DNA of 25,348 nt, taken from Candidatus Woykebacteria bacterium RBG_16_39_9b (GTDB lineage Bacteria > Patescibacteriota > Microgenomatia > Woykebacterales > RBG-16-39-9b). Below, piece after piece: positions 1 through 9,065 of the stretch. Position numbers and translations under genes: made by a program. Each line of letters opens with the position of its first letter. Positions within the stretch are counted from its first letter, which is position 1. The notes beneath the pieces are model-generated. The model searched no databases. It was not told the origin of the DNA and saw nothing but the letters and a program-made list of their open reading frames with translations. The DNA lies in NCBI GenBank assembly GCA_001816695.1, contig MHCR01000002.1, forward strand, positions 10,353 through 35,700. Reading direction: 5' to 3'.

Positions 1-40
1 AGAGCTGTTCAAATCTAAATTGGGTTTCGTTGATGGCCAT
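1..40 (-). CDS. 5' fragment of an ORF running off the window (MAINETQFRFEQL...), possibly PilO-like
   Basis: ATG at 40-38 on the minus strand, 3 nt after the pilN stop, and open to the window edge. Product is guessed from position only. Confidence 0.3.
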   Translation of the reverse strand, partial: MAINETQFRFEQL

Positions 41-43
41 AAT

Positions 44-631
44 TTATTGGATCTCCAAATCCTTCTCGAAAGCTTGAGGAACAATAGTTACCTTTGCACC
101 GAATGTAAAATTTGGGTTTTGAGTGCTGGGTGTGGTCAGAGTAGATATATCCAGATCGACCAGTTTATTAGAGGCATTGAAAGAATCGATCAAAGTTTGC
201 AGACCGCTGGTGGTTTGAAAAGTACCATTAAAGTTGGCTGCATCTTTATCAACTTTAAGTTCTGTTAACTTAACTTCAGTTGGAAGTAACTTTAACATCT
301 CCGAAAGAACTAAGTTGGTTGGAAATTGAGCCTCTTTAAGTTGCCGTATTTGGTTAAGCCTATTTTGGGTTTGTACAAATTCTGTGACGAAGCCTCTCTC
401 GTTTTCAATAGTTGTTTGTTTGTCTCGGATGGATTTCTCTAAATTGTTCTTTTGTGTCTGTAAAATAATCGCCCAAAACAATATTACTAGGGCTGCAACT
501 TCGGCAAATATAATTAGAAAACGTCCTACAGTTAAAAGCCAATGAAGACCTGTATTTACAGTTCCCTCAGGCCCCTCTTTAGGCAAGAGGTTTATATTGA
601 TGTTGGAAGATTTAGGGGCAGATTTAGGCAT
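44..631 (-). CDS. pilN: Type IV pilus assembly PilN-domain protein
   Basis: N-terminal INLLP motif, one TM helix, a coiled coil, then a PilN-like ferredoxin-fold segment (VLSEMLKLLPTEVKLTEL). Confidence 0.75.
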   Translation of the reverse strand: MPKSAPKSSNININLLPKEGPEGTVNTGLHWLLTVGRFLIIFAEVAALVILFWAIILQTQKNNLEKSIRDKQTTIENERGFVTEFVQTQNRLNQIRQLKEAQFPTNLVLSEMLKLLPTEVKLTELKVDKDAANFNGTFQTTSGLQTLIDSFNASNKLVDLDISTLTTPSTQNPNFTFGAKVTIVPQAFEKDLEIQ

Positions 632-644
632 ACTTTACCTTTTA

Positions 645-673
645 AATATAGCACTAGCGGTTTTAATTGACAA
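645..673 (-). promoter_or_regulatory. Sigma70-type promoter for pilN
   Basis: On the minus strand: TTGTCA-17 nt-TATATT with extended -10 TG, followed by AAGG upstream of the ATG. Confidence 0.6.
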
Positions 674-684
674 TCTAGTCGACG

Positions 685-978
685 TTATTTGGGTTTATTT
701 ATTTTTTTCCGTTTCGCGGTGGGTTTTTTTGTGATAGGTTTGTCGGATTTAAATTGTTTAGCTAGATTTGACTTTTTTCTGCTAGCTGTATTTTTGTGGA
801 TAATACCTCTTTTGGCAGCTTTATCTAAGGTGGAATAAGCTTTTATTAAAGCCTCTGGTTTAGATGAAGAAATAGCTTCTTTCAAAGCAACTTTTAGAGT
901 TCGTTTAATGCGTTTGTTATGTTCAGTTTTTCTTTTATCGACCCGAAGTTTTTTAACTGCCGAACGTGTTATTGGCAT
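685..978 (-). CDS. rpsT: 30S ribosomal protein S20
   Basis: MPITRSAVKKLRV...LDKAAKRGIIHKNTASRKKS is the S20 signature. Lys-rich C-terminal tail. Confidence 0.95.
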   Translation of the reverse strand: MPITRSAVKKLRVDKRKTEHNKRIKRTLKVALKEAISSSKPEALIKAYSTLDKAAKRGIIHKNTASRKKSNLAKQFKSDKPITKKPTAKRKKINKPK

Positions 979-985
979 GCACGGA

Positions 986-1014
986 ATAATATCAGACTGT
1001 TGTTACAAGCGCAA
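986..1014 (-). promoter_or_regulatory. rpsT promoter, leaderless geometry
   Basis: On the minus strand: TTGCGC-17 nt-TGaTATTAT, then 7 nt to the ATG. No Shine-Dalgarno. Confidence 0.6.
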
Positions 1015-1029
1015 GCCTTCTGTTATACT
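1000..1029 (+). promoter_or_regulatory. murJ promoter, divergent from and overlapping the rpsT promoter
   Basis: TTGTTA-18 nt-TATACT with extended -10 TG (TGtTATACT, 1021-1029). ATG at 1051. Confidence 0.55.
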
Positions 1030-1050
1030 TTGCTTACTCCAAGACAACAT

Positions 1051-2733
1051 ATGGTTAAAAGATTTCTCCGGAACGGTACCTCCTGGCTTACATCCAGACA
1101 AACGTCGATTTTATCAGCGGCAGCTATAATGATGGTTTTAATGGTAGCTTCAAGGATTCTGGGGTTACTTCGGAACTGGTTCTTGGCAGGTCATTTTGGA
1201 GCAGGTGGCGAGCTTGATGCCTATACAATCGCTTTTGTCTTTCCGGACATATTGGCCAATATATTAATTACCGGTGCATTATCAGTAGCATTTATTCCTA
1301 TTTTCGCTTCTTTTATAACACGAGGTAGTAAAGACGAGGCTTGGGATTTAGCATCATCAGTCTTAAACCTTTCTCTAATCACGTTCTTCATATTCGGAAT
1401 AATTATTTTTGTGTTCGCCCCATATTTTCTGAATTTATTTGGCTTGGAACCAGAATTTGTTCCGCTAGCAGTTACATTAACCAGAATAATTACTCTTGGA
1501 GAGCTTCTCTTGGTTCTTGGTAGTTTTTTTTCCTCAGTTCTTCAAAGCTATTATCGGTTTATAATTCCTGCTATTGCTCCAGTGCTTTACAACCTTGGAA
1601 TTATATTTGGAATAGTCTTTTTAAGCCCTTTCTTCGGAATAATTGGAGCTGCTTTAGGGGTTTTGGTTGGTGCATTTCTCCATGCTATCTCTCAGATCTT
1701 TGTGCTCCAAAAATTGCAGTTTCACTACAGAATTAGAGTAGATTTGAAAAACCCGGAGGTTCTAAAAGTTTTGAAACTATCCTTACCACGTGCTTTAGGT
1801 GTAGGTGTGTCTCAACTTGAATGGGCCGTAAGTATTTTTTTAGCTTCGCTTTTAGCAACTGGATCGGTTGCGATTTTAAAATTTGCTCAAGACCTTCAAA
1901 ATTTTCCGATTGGGATTTTTGGACTCACACTAGCTACCGCTGCTTTACCTACTCTTTCAACCGAATGGGCCTCCAATAAACTAGAAGATTTTAAGACAAC
2001 TTTTTTATCTTCACTGCATCAGATATTATATTTATCGGTTCCAATGAGTGTGATTTTGGCAGTGTTAAGAATACCAATTGTACGCTTGGCTTTAGGTACA
2101 GGAAAATTTGATTGGCCCGCGACGGTCGCAACTGCTACGACAATGTCCTATTTTGCAGTAGGTATTTTTGCCCAAGCAGCCTTTTTGCTAACTGCTCGAG
2201 CCTTTTATTCCATGCACGATACTGTAACCCCGTTTAAAATTGGTTCAATAAGTCTTATTATTCACGTGATTTTAAGTAGTAGCTTACTGTTTATATTTGG
2301 CGAAACTGCGGCAATAAAAGTTTCTTTTATTGGACTTTCTGCAGCAATCTCAGGAATCTTTAGCTTTTTAACATCTTTATATCTTCTTGATCGACGAGTA
2401 GGGAAGTTTGACAGGGTTAAACTTTTTTTGCCCGCATTAAAAATAATTATAGCTTCTGGGGCAATGGCAGTTTTACTATACTTACCCCTACACATTAAAA
2501 TTAATGGCCATTATATAATTGATTTAATTATTGATACAACACGAGCAGTCAATTTACTCTTTTTAACTGGTGCAGTTGCAACCGCTGGTTTAGGGGTTTA
2601 TATACTTCTAACCTGGTGGTTTAAATCAGACGAATTGAAAGCCTATCTTCGGTTAGTACCAGATATTACCAAATTTAAAGGATTTGTAGCCCTAAAAGAA
2701 ACTATTCAAACCACTAAAACCACCCCTACTTAA
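1051..2733 (+). CDS. murJ: Lipid II flippase MurJ (MviN)
   Basis: SRILGLLRN...DAYTIAF..PD and LQNFPIGIFG motifs, with many TM helices. Start moved from 919 to ATG 1051 because 919 overlaps rpsT and the promoter. Confidence 0.93.
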   Translation: MVKRFLRNGTSWLTSRQTSILSAAAIMMVLMVASRILGLLRNWFLAGHFGAGGELDAYTIAFVFPDILANILITGALSVAFIPIFASFITRGSKDEAWDLASSVLNLSLITFFIFGIIIFVFAPYFLNLFGLEPEFVPLAVTLTRIITLGELLLVLGSFFSSVLQSYYRFIIPAIAPVLYNLGIIFGIVFLSPFFGIIGAALGVLVGAFLHAISQIFVLQKLQFHYRIRVDLKNPEVLKVLKLSLPRALGVGVSQLEWAVSIFLASLLATGSVAILKFAQDLQNFPIGIFGLTLATAALPTLSTEWASNKLEDFKTTFLSSLHQILYLSVPMSVILAVLRIPIVRLALGTGKFDWPATVATATTMSYFAVGIFAQAAFLLTARAFYSMHDTVTPFKIGSISLIIHVILSSSLLFIFGETAAIKVSFIGLSAAISGIFSFLTSLYLLDRRVGKFDRVKLFLPALKIIIASGAMAVLLYLPLHIKINGHYIIDLIIDTTRAVNLLFLTGAVATAGLGVYILLTWWFKSDELKAYLRLVPDITKFKGFVALKETIQTTKTTPT

Positions 2734-2739
2734 ATTTTG

Positions 2740-4506
2740 ATGAGCAAGATTAGGAATTTCGCAATTTTAGCCCATATTGATCATGGCAAATCTACTCTCG
2801 CAGATAGATTTTTGGAAATTACAAACACAGTCCCTAAAGAAAAGCTATCGCCCCAGTATTTAGATAGGTTGGAATTAGAGCGTGAAAGAGGTATTACAAT
2901 TAAACTTGCGCCTGTTACGATGAAACACCAGGGATTTGTTTTTAACTTGATTGATACACCGGGCCACGTTGATTTTTCTTACGAAGTTTTCCGCTCTTTA
3001 GCAGCTGTCGAAGGAGTTATTTTGTTGGTCGATGCCACAAAAGGAATTGAAGCTCAGACCTTAAGTAACTATTTTTTAGCAACAGAGGCGAGGTTGAGAG
3101 TAATAGCAGCAATAAACAAAATAGACCTTGCAAATGCACAGATAGAAGAAGTGAAAAATCAATTGGTAGACAATCTTGGGTTTGGCGAGAATGATATTTT
3201 TAAAGTAAGCGCAAAAACTGGTCAAGGGGTCCGTGAATTACTGACAGGTTTGCTTGAAAAGATCCCAGAGCCAGTTGGAGCTTGGGAAAAGCCCTTCAAG
3301 GCTTTGGTTTTTGACTCTTTTTATGATCAGTTCAGGGGCGTAGTGGCATATATACGAGTTTTTGATGGTAGTGTACGTAAATTGGAAAAAATTAAATTTT
3401 TAGGAACTGGAGGTAAATGCTTTGCGGATAGTGTAGGTTATTTTTCACCGGAGTTGGAAGAGAAAGAGGCCTTGTCGTTTGGAGAAATTGGTTGGATCGC
3501 CACTGGCTTAAAGGAAGTTCAAAAGGTGCAGGTTGGAGATACAGTAACAGCTTCAGGAAAAGAAGCGTCGCCGCTGCCTGGTTACAAAGAAATTAAACCG
3601 ATGGTTTACGCCGGTATTTTCCCTGTGAATAGGGACGATTTTCCTAGACTTAAGAATGCATTAGAGAAGGTGAGACTAAATGACGCTGCTCTTACTTATG
3701 AGCCAGAAAATTCTCCTGCTCTAGGTTTTGGAGTTCGTGCGGGGTTTCTAGGCATGCTTCATATGGAGGTAATACAGGAAAGGTTGGAACGAGAATTCGG
3801 TTTAGAACTAATCATCTCTTCGCCCACAGTGCGTTATAAAGTGATCAAAACGAACGGCGAAGAAATATCTGTTTCCAACCCAAGTACTTTGCCGTCAGAT
3901 CAATCAGTTAAAAATATATTAGAGCCTTGGGTAGAAGGAATCGTAGTTAGTACCAATACCTATATCGGGCCTATTACCCAGCTGGTAGTGTCAAAGCGGG
4001 CAAACATTATAAACCGGGAATATTTAGGAGATAAGGTAAAAGTGTTCTGCCAGTTACCTTTGGCTGAGGTGATCGGCGATTTTTACGACAAGCTCAAAAG
4101 CGTTTCTTCGGGATTCGCGAGTTTTGATTACGAACCAGCCGATTACAGACCAGTCGAGGCAGTGAAGATCGAAACTTTGGTGGCGAAGGAACCAGTCGAT
4201 GCGCTCTCTCAAATAGTTCCAAAAGAAAAGGCTTACTACGTGGGGAAAGCTTTAGTCCAAAAATTAAAAGAAGCAATTCCCCGCCAACAATTTGAAATTT
4301 CTCTGCAAGCTGCAATTGGCGGAAAAATAATTGCTGCCGAACGCATTCCGGCCTTTCGCAAAGACGTCACTGCCAAACTTTACGGCGGAGACAGAACAAG
4401 GAAAGATAAATTGCTAAAGAAACAAGAAAAGGGCAAAAGCCGCATGAAAATGGTTGGTCGTGTCCAGATTCCCCAAGAAGCATTTCTAGCCGTTTTGAGA
4501 CTTTAG
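2740..4506 (+). CDS. lepA: Elongation factor 4 (LepA)
   Basis: IRNFAILAHIDHGKSTLADR, DTPGHVDF and RKDVTAKLYGGDRTRK motifs. Confidence 0.97.
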   Translation: MSKIRNFAILAHIDHGKSTLADRFLEITNTVPKEKLSPQYLDRLELERERGITIKLAPVTMKHQGFVFNLIDTPGHVDFSYEVFRSLAAVEGVILLVDATKGIEAQTLSNYFLATEARLRVIAAINKIDLANAQIEEVKNQLVDNLGFGENDIFKVSAKTGQGVRELLTGLLEKIPEPVGAWEKPFKALVFDSFYDQFRGVVAYIRVFDGSVRKLEKIKFLGTGGKCFADSVGYFSPELEEKEALSFGEIGWIATGLKEVQKVQVGDTVTASGKEASPLPGYKEIKPMVYAGIFPVNRDDFPRLKNALEKVRLNDAALTYEPENSPALGFGVRAGFLGMLHMEVIQERLEREFGLELIISSPTVRYKVIKTNGEEISVSNPSTLPSDQSVKNILEPWVEGIVVSTNTYIGPITQLVVSKRANIINREYLGDKVKVFCQLPLAEVIGDFYDKLKSVSSGFASFDYEPADYRPVEAVKIETLVAKEPVDALSQIVPKEKAYYVGKALVQKLKEAIPRQQFEISLQAAIGGKIIAAERIPAFRKDVTAKLYGGDRTRKDKLLKKQEKGKSRMKMVGRVQIPQEAFLAVLRL

Positions 4507-4549
4507 AAAATTACAACCAATATATCAAACTAAGACAAGGCAAGAGCGT

Positions 4550-5236
4550 TTAATTAATTGGTTTGGATCTTGCTTCTGTAAGAAATTCATAGATAGGACC
4601 AATGAACATTCCAAACGTCATAAACCACGCCACATCTTCTATAGGAACCCCGATAATTATAAAACCTGAAAGATTTTCTAACTTAAACCAGCTATATATA
4701 AATCCAGGTTGAAAAAAATTAAGAAGCTGGTAACCGGCAATTCCGATTAGAACCATAAGCACACCACTTACTAAAGAGTTAAAGATTAGATCAGATCTGA
4801 GTGAATAGATAAAAAGAGTTGTTATGGTTGTAGCAATCGTCCAACTCATCCATGAGCTCAGCCCAAAAATGTAGTAAGCGATACTATGGAGTGCTATAAA
4901 AATAAAAGCTAGCAGTGCGATATTTCTAATAGAAATATTGGGTTGGTGTTTATAAAAAGACAAACCTTTACTAAAGATTGTTCCATAAATTACAGACGAA
5001 ATGCCCCCAATTCCAAAGAGTCCTAAAAAATCTTCAGGACCTAAAATTGTTCCAGTCATGGTTTCTGGATGCCACCAATCTTTTGTCCAGAAGAAATACT
5101 GCAATATCATTCCAGAAAAAAGCACCACAGTACTAATAACCAACATTTCGCGTCTCAAGTCCTTACGGAAAAGAAATAGGATTAGCCAAAAAGAAATTAA
5201 AAGCAAGGAGCCTAGAAGATATGTGTAGTTTGGCAT
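4550..5236 (-). CDS. Lycopene cyclase domain-containing membrane protein
   Basis: Multi-TM protein with two repeats ending ILGPED and GVPIED, resembling the G-x-P-x-E-[DE] motif of lycopene cyclase domains. Confidence 0.6.
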   Translation of the reverse strand: MPNYTYLLGSLLLISFWLILFLFRKDLRREMLVISTVVLFSGMILQYFFWTKDWWHPETMTGTILGPEDFLGLFGIGGISSVIYGTIFSKGLSFYKHQPNISIRNIALLAFIFIALHSIAYYIFGLSSWMSWTIATTITTLFIYSLRSDLIFNSLVSGVLMVLIGIAGYQLLNFFQPGFIYSWFKLENLSGFIIIGVPIEDVAWFMTFGMFIGPIYEFLTEARSKPIN

Positions 5237-5287
5237 ATTTCTATAATACTACAAAATCACGCCCTGCTTTATTGGTTCTAAGCACAC

Positions 5288-5324
5288 TTGACATCTTTTA
5301 GCACTCGTGCTAAATTGTTGCTAC
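5288..5324 (+). promoter_or_regulatory. hrcA operon promoter with an overlapping CIRCE-type operator
   Basis: TTGACA (5288-5293)-17 nt-TAAATT (5311-5316) with extended TG. TTAGCACTC (5298-5306)-N9-TGTTGCTAC (5316-5324). Nested palindrome TTTAGCAC-TC-GTGCTAAA (5297-5314). Confidence 0.8.
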
Positions 5325-5346
5325 CATAAAGGGTAGGACAGCAAAT

Positions 5347-6078
5347 ATGGTAGAGTTAACTACTCGTCAAAAAGAATTACTGCGTGCTATCACCGAAGAG
5401 TACATCGAATCTGCCGAACCAATCGGTTCTGACCTTATTGTTAAGAAATATTCTCTTGGCGTCTCTCCCGCAACTATTAGAAATGAAATGGTTCAATTGA
5501 CGGAAACGGGGTTTCTTAAACAACCGCACACCAGTGCTGGTAGAGTTCCTACTTCACTTGGGTTAAAGTTTTATATAAACGAGCTAATGCGAGAAGCGGA
5601 CATTCCAGTTAAAGACGAAGTTTCTGTTAAAGAAGCTCTTTGGGATCAACGCTTCCACATACACCGCTTACTAAAAGAAGCGGCTAAGGAACTTGCCACC
5701 CGAACAAAATCTTTGGCAGTTACAGCTAGTGAAGAAGGAGATGTTTACTACGCTGGGGCACACAACATTTTAGATATGCCTGAGTTTTACGATATCGATT
5801 TAACAAAAGCAATTCTGATGATGTTGGATAGAACTGAGATGTTAGACGAGCTTTTTAGTAAAGCCGTTGGGGATGAGCCGGTTCATATTTTGATAGGAGA
5901 TGAGTTGGGAGCAGATTATCTTGAATACTGTGGGTTGGTTTATTCCCCATTTGGAGCGGGTAAGAAAAATGCTGGAGTGGTTGGCATAATTGGTCCTTCC
6001 AGAATGCCTTACGACAGAGTAATTCCAACAGTTAAATACTTCGGAAGTTTACTGGATGAACTCTCTGTAAATTGGTAA
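5347..6078 (+). CDS. hrcA: Heat-inducible transcription repressor HrcA (short form)
   Basis: EYIESAEPIGS, SPATIRNEM, QPHTSAGRVPT and IIGPSRMPY motifs. Lies upstream of grpE-dnaK. Confidence 0.93.
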   Translation: MVELTTRQKELLRAITEEYIESAEPIGSDLIVKKYSLGVSPATIRNEMVQLTETGFLKQPHTSAGRVPTSLGLKFYINELMREADIPVKDEVSVKEALWDQRFHIHRLLKEAAKELATRTKSLAVTASEEGDVYYAGAHNILDMPEFYDIDLTKAILMMLDRTEMLDELFSKAVGDEPVHILIGDELGADYLEYCGLVYSPFGAGKKNAGVVGIIGPSRMPYDRVIPTVKYFGSLLDELSVNW

Positions 6079-6091
6079 AAAATAGCTATTT

Positions 6092-6544
6092 ATGAAAAGG
6101 GCAAAGAAAGGTGAAAGCGACCTTAGTGAAAAAGTTGAAAATCTTGAAACACAGTTGAAAAGAAGCCTAGCAGACTATGCTAATCTTCAGAGAAGAGTCG
6201 AAGAAGATAAGAAAAAACTAATCGAGTTTGCCAATATATCTCTTTTAACTAAATTCTTACCAGTTATAGACAGCTTGGAAAAAGCCACTGCGGATATAAA
6301 AAATAAAGGATTAGAATTAATTGGGAAAAAATTTAGAGAAATTTTGTTTAGTGAAGGGATAAGAGAAATAGAGACAAACGGATACTTTAATCCATCGTTG
6401 CATGAAGCAGTTGAAGCTGTACAGGGTGAAGAAGAAGGTAAAATTTTAGAGGTTGTCCAAAAGGGATATATTATAGGAGATAAAGTTTTAAGAGCTGCGA
6501 AAGTTAAAGTAAGTAAATCTAAGATCGAACAGCCAGAAACCTGA
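6092..6544 (+). CDS. grpE: Nucleotide exchange factor GrpE
   Basis: ADYANLQRR, FNPSLHEAV and VVQKGYIIGDKVLRAAKVKV motifs, plus operon context. Confidence 0.93.
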   Translation: MKRAKKGESDLSEKVENLETQLKRSLADYANLQRRVEEDKKKLIEFANISLLTKFLPVIDSLEKATADIKNKGLELIGKKFREILFSEGIREIETNGYFNPSLHEAVEAVQGEEEGKILEVVQKGYIIGDKVLRAAKVKVSKSKIEQPET

Positions 6545-6561
6545 TTAAAAAGGATTTATAA

Positions 6562-6819
6562 GTGATACGTATTTTTTACTTGATTTGGACATTGATATCC
6601 TCTTTACTTACAACAGGTCTTTCGTTCTTTTACATAAGGAATGAAATAAATAGAGGATTCCCATTCTCTTTCGCCAAGGAAGTTTTAGGACAGGGCGGTG
6701 GACAGGGAATTTCATTTGAATTTAATACATTTGTAGTAGCATTTGATATTATATTTTGGTGGCTTATTTTTAGCATGCTTTTAGTGATTATAAAAAACTA
6801 TATTTTTGAAGCCGAATAG
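6562..6819 (+). CDS. Small two-TM hypothetical protein (85 aa)
   Basis: GTG start after AAAAGGA. Two hydrophobic segments flank an RGFPFSF...FDIIFW loop. Fills the grpE-dnaK gap. Confidence 0.7.
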   Translation: MIRIFYLIWTLISSLLTTGLSFFYIRNEINRGFPFSFAKEVLGQGGGQGISFEFNTFVVAFDIIFWWLIFSMLLVIIKNYIFEAE

Positions 6820-6832
6820 AAAGGATTAAGTT

Positions 6833-6901
6833 ATGAGCAAAATTATAACTAGCTGCGCTAGATGTAATCTCCGACAAGAGCATATTTTAGAGAGGAGTTA
6901 A
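6833..6901 (+). CDS. Candidate 22-aa uORF MSKIITSCARCNLRQEHILERS, in frame with dnaK
   Basis: AAAGGA upstream, ATG 6833, TAA 6899-6901. dnaK ATG follows at 6905 in the same frame. Confidence 0.35.
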   Translation: MSKIITSCARCNLRQEHILERS

Positions 6902-6904
6902 TGT

Positions 6905-8869
6905 ATGTCGAAAATTATTGGAATAGACCTTGGAACAACTAATTCAGCAGTTGCAGTAGTGGAGGGAGGTCAACCTCGTATTATCCACAGTGCTGAGGGT
7001 GAAAACGTAATACCTTCTGTTGTAGACCCGATTAAAAGGGTTGTGGGACGTGTAGCAAAGAGGCAATCTGTTGTGAGCCCAAAACAAACAATATTTTCAA
7101 TAAAACGGTTGATGGGACATCGATTCAAAGACGCGTCAGTAGCCGAAGATATAAAGTGGCTCCCATACAGTATAAAGGAAGGAAAGGATGGAATGGCGGT
7201 TATAGAAGTTGAAGGTAAAGAATATACACCTCAAGAAATATCCTCCATGATTTTGCAAAAAATAAAAGCAGATGCAGAAAGTTACCTCGGAGAAAAAGTT
7301 ACCGAAGCGGTTATAACAGTTCCTGCCTATTTTGATGATTCCCAACGCCAAGCGACAAAACAAGCAGGCGAGATTGCCGGCCTAGAAGTTAAGCGAATTA
7401 TCAACGAACCAACCGCAGCGTCTCTTGCTTACGGGCTTGATAAAAAGAAAGCCCACACAATTGCGGTTTATGATCTTGGTGGCGGAACTTTTGACATTAC
7501 CATTTTGGAACTTGGCGATGGAGTATTTGAAGTAAAATCCACTGCCGGTGATACGCATCTAGGTGGAGACGATTTTGACCAAAAAATTATTAGCTACCTT
7601 ATAGAAGAATTTAATAAAGAACAAGGTGTTGATTTAAAAAATGATAAACAAGCCTTACAGAGATTACGTGATGCTGCCGAAAAAGCAAAAGTAGAACTTT
7701 CTTCCACCACTGAAACTGAAATTAACATACCCTATATTACAGCCGACTCTTCTGGACCAAAACACTTGGTGATGAAACTCACCCGCGCTAAGTTGGAAGG
7801 TTTAGTCTCTGATCTTATCGAAAAAAGTTTTAAGTCGGTTGAACAAGCTATTAAAGATGCAAAAATTGAAGCGTCAAAAGTAGACGAGGTTGTTTTAGTT
7901 GGCGGTCAGACCAGAATGCCGGCGGTTCAAGAAAAGGTAAAGAGCTTCTTTGGTAAAGAAGCCCACAAAGGAATTAATCCCGATGAAGTGGTCGCGATTG
8001 GTGCGGCGATTCAAGGGGCAGTTCTTGCCGGGGAGATGAAGGATGTTGTTTTACTTGACGTGACACCTCTTTCTCTCGGAGTCGAGACTCTTGGTGGAGT
8101 AAAAACTGCTTTGATCGAAAGAAACACCACCGTTCCGACGAGCAAAAGCGAGACCTTTTCCACCGCTGCTGACAACCAAACATCGGTAGAGATTCACGTT
8201 TTACAGGGGGAACGGCCAATGGCCGTTGACAATAAATCTTTAGGTCGTTTTATTCTTGATGGTGTTCCGCCCGCTCCTCGTGGTGTGCCGCAGGTAGAAG
8301 TAACCTTTGACATTGACGCCAATGGGATTCTCAATGTGACGGCAAAGGAAAAGGCGACCGGCAAAGAGCAATCGATAAAGATTACTGGTTCTACTGGTCT
8401 TTCTAAAGATGAAGTGGAAAAAATGCAAAAAGAAGCTGAGAGTCACTCCGCGGAAGATCAGAAAAAGAAGGAATTAATAGAAGCGCGCAATATCGCTGAT
8501 TCTCTTGTTTACACCGCTGAAAAATCTTTAAAAGATGCAGGTGACAAAGTACCGGCTGATATAAAAAATGAAGTAGAAGAAAAAGTAAAATTAGCGAAAG
8601 AAAAAATATCCGGTGAAAGCCTTGAAGATATTCGCAAAGCTACAGATGAATTGGGAGCCGCCCTTCAAAAAATTGGTCCAGCGATGTCACCTAGATCTCC
8701 AGGTTCAGATACCACCGCTGCCGGTGTACAAGAAGAGATAAAAGACTCTGGTGCTGAGCAAGCCGAAGGCGCGTCGAAGCAAGGCGAGAAAAAAGACGAG
8801 GAAAAGAAAGAAGGCGAACCAGTCGAAGGCGAAGTAGTCGACGAAGGTAAAGAAGAAAAGAAAGATTAA
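6905..8869 (+). CDS. dnaK: Chaperone DnaK (Hsp70)
   Basis: [27 protein letters not shown] and [11 protein letters not shown] motifs. SD AGAGGAG. Confidence 0.98.
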   Translation: MSKIIGIDLGTTNSAVAVVEGGQPRIIHSAEGENVIPSVVDPIKRVVGRVAKRQSVVSPKQTIFSIKRLMGHRFKDASVAEDIKWLPYSIKEGKDGMAVIEVEGKEYTPQEISSMILQKIKADAESYLGEKVTEAVITVPAYFDDSQRQATKQAGEIAGLEVKRIINEPTAASLAYGLDKKKAHTIAVYDLGGGTFDITILELGDGVFEVKSTAGDTHLGGDDFDQKIISYLIEEFNKEQGVDLKNDKQALQRLRDAAEKAKVELSSTTETEINIPYITADSSGPKHLVMKLTRAKLEGLVSDLIEKSFKSVEQAIKDAKIEASKVDEVVLVGGQTRMPAVQEKVKSFFGKEAHKGINPDEVVAIGAAIQGAVLAGEMKDVVLLDVTPLSLGVETLGGVKTALIERNTTVPTSKSETFSTAADNQTSVEIHVLQGERPMAVDNKSLGRFILDGVPPAPRGVPQVEVTFDIDANGILNVTAKEKATGKEQSIKITGSTGLSKDEVEKMQKEAESHSAEDQKKKELIEARNIADSLVYTAEKSLKDAGDKVPADIKNEVEEKVKLAKEKISGESLEDIRKATDELGAALQKIGPAMSPRSPGSDTTAAGVQEEIKDSGAEQAEGASKQGEKKDEEKKEGEPVEGEVVDEGKEEKKD

Positions 8870-9065
8870 GCAAGTAACCTTCCTATAGTCACCAGCAAAA
8901 TTGGAAGACAACTACCCGGTGTTAATTTTTACTGTGCTACTACATGTAACTAGTTAAATAGAGTAAGCTTTCAAGTCTAATTGCATAATTAGGTTAAGAG
9001 TTAAACTTTTTTATCTTTTTTATCATTGTCCTTTTTCTACTTTGCAGTCGCTCTCAAATAACGGA

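Noticed and set aside
919-1050. N-terminal extension of murJ in the ORF track
   Set aside because: It overlaps rpsT on the opposite strand and both promoters. ATG 1051 follows an extended -10.
5316-5340. Hairpin TGTT(G)CTACC/GGTAGGACA over the hrcA SD as an RNA thermometer
   Set aside because: The predicted TSS (about 5322-5323) falls inside the 5' arm, so most of the stem would not be transcribed.
9007-9024. Tandem repeat TTTTTTATC x2
   Set aside because: Low complexity, only two copies, and expected in AT-rich DNA.
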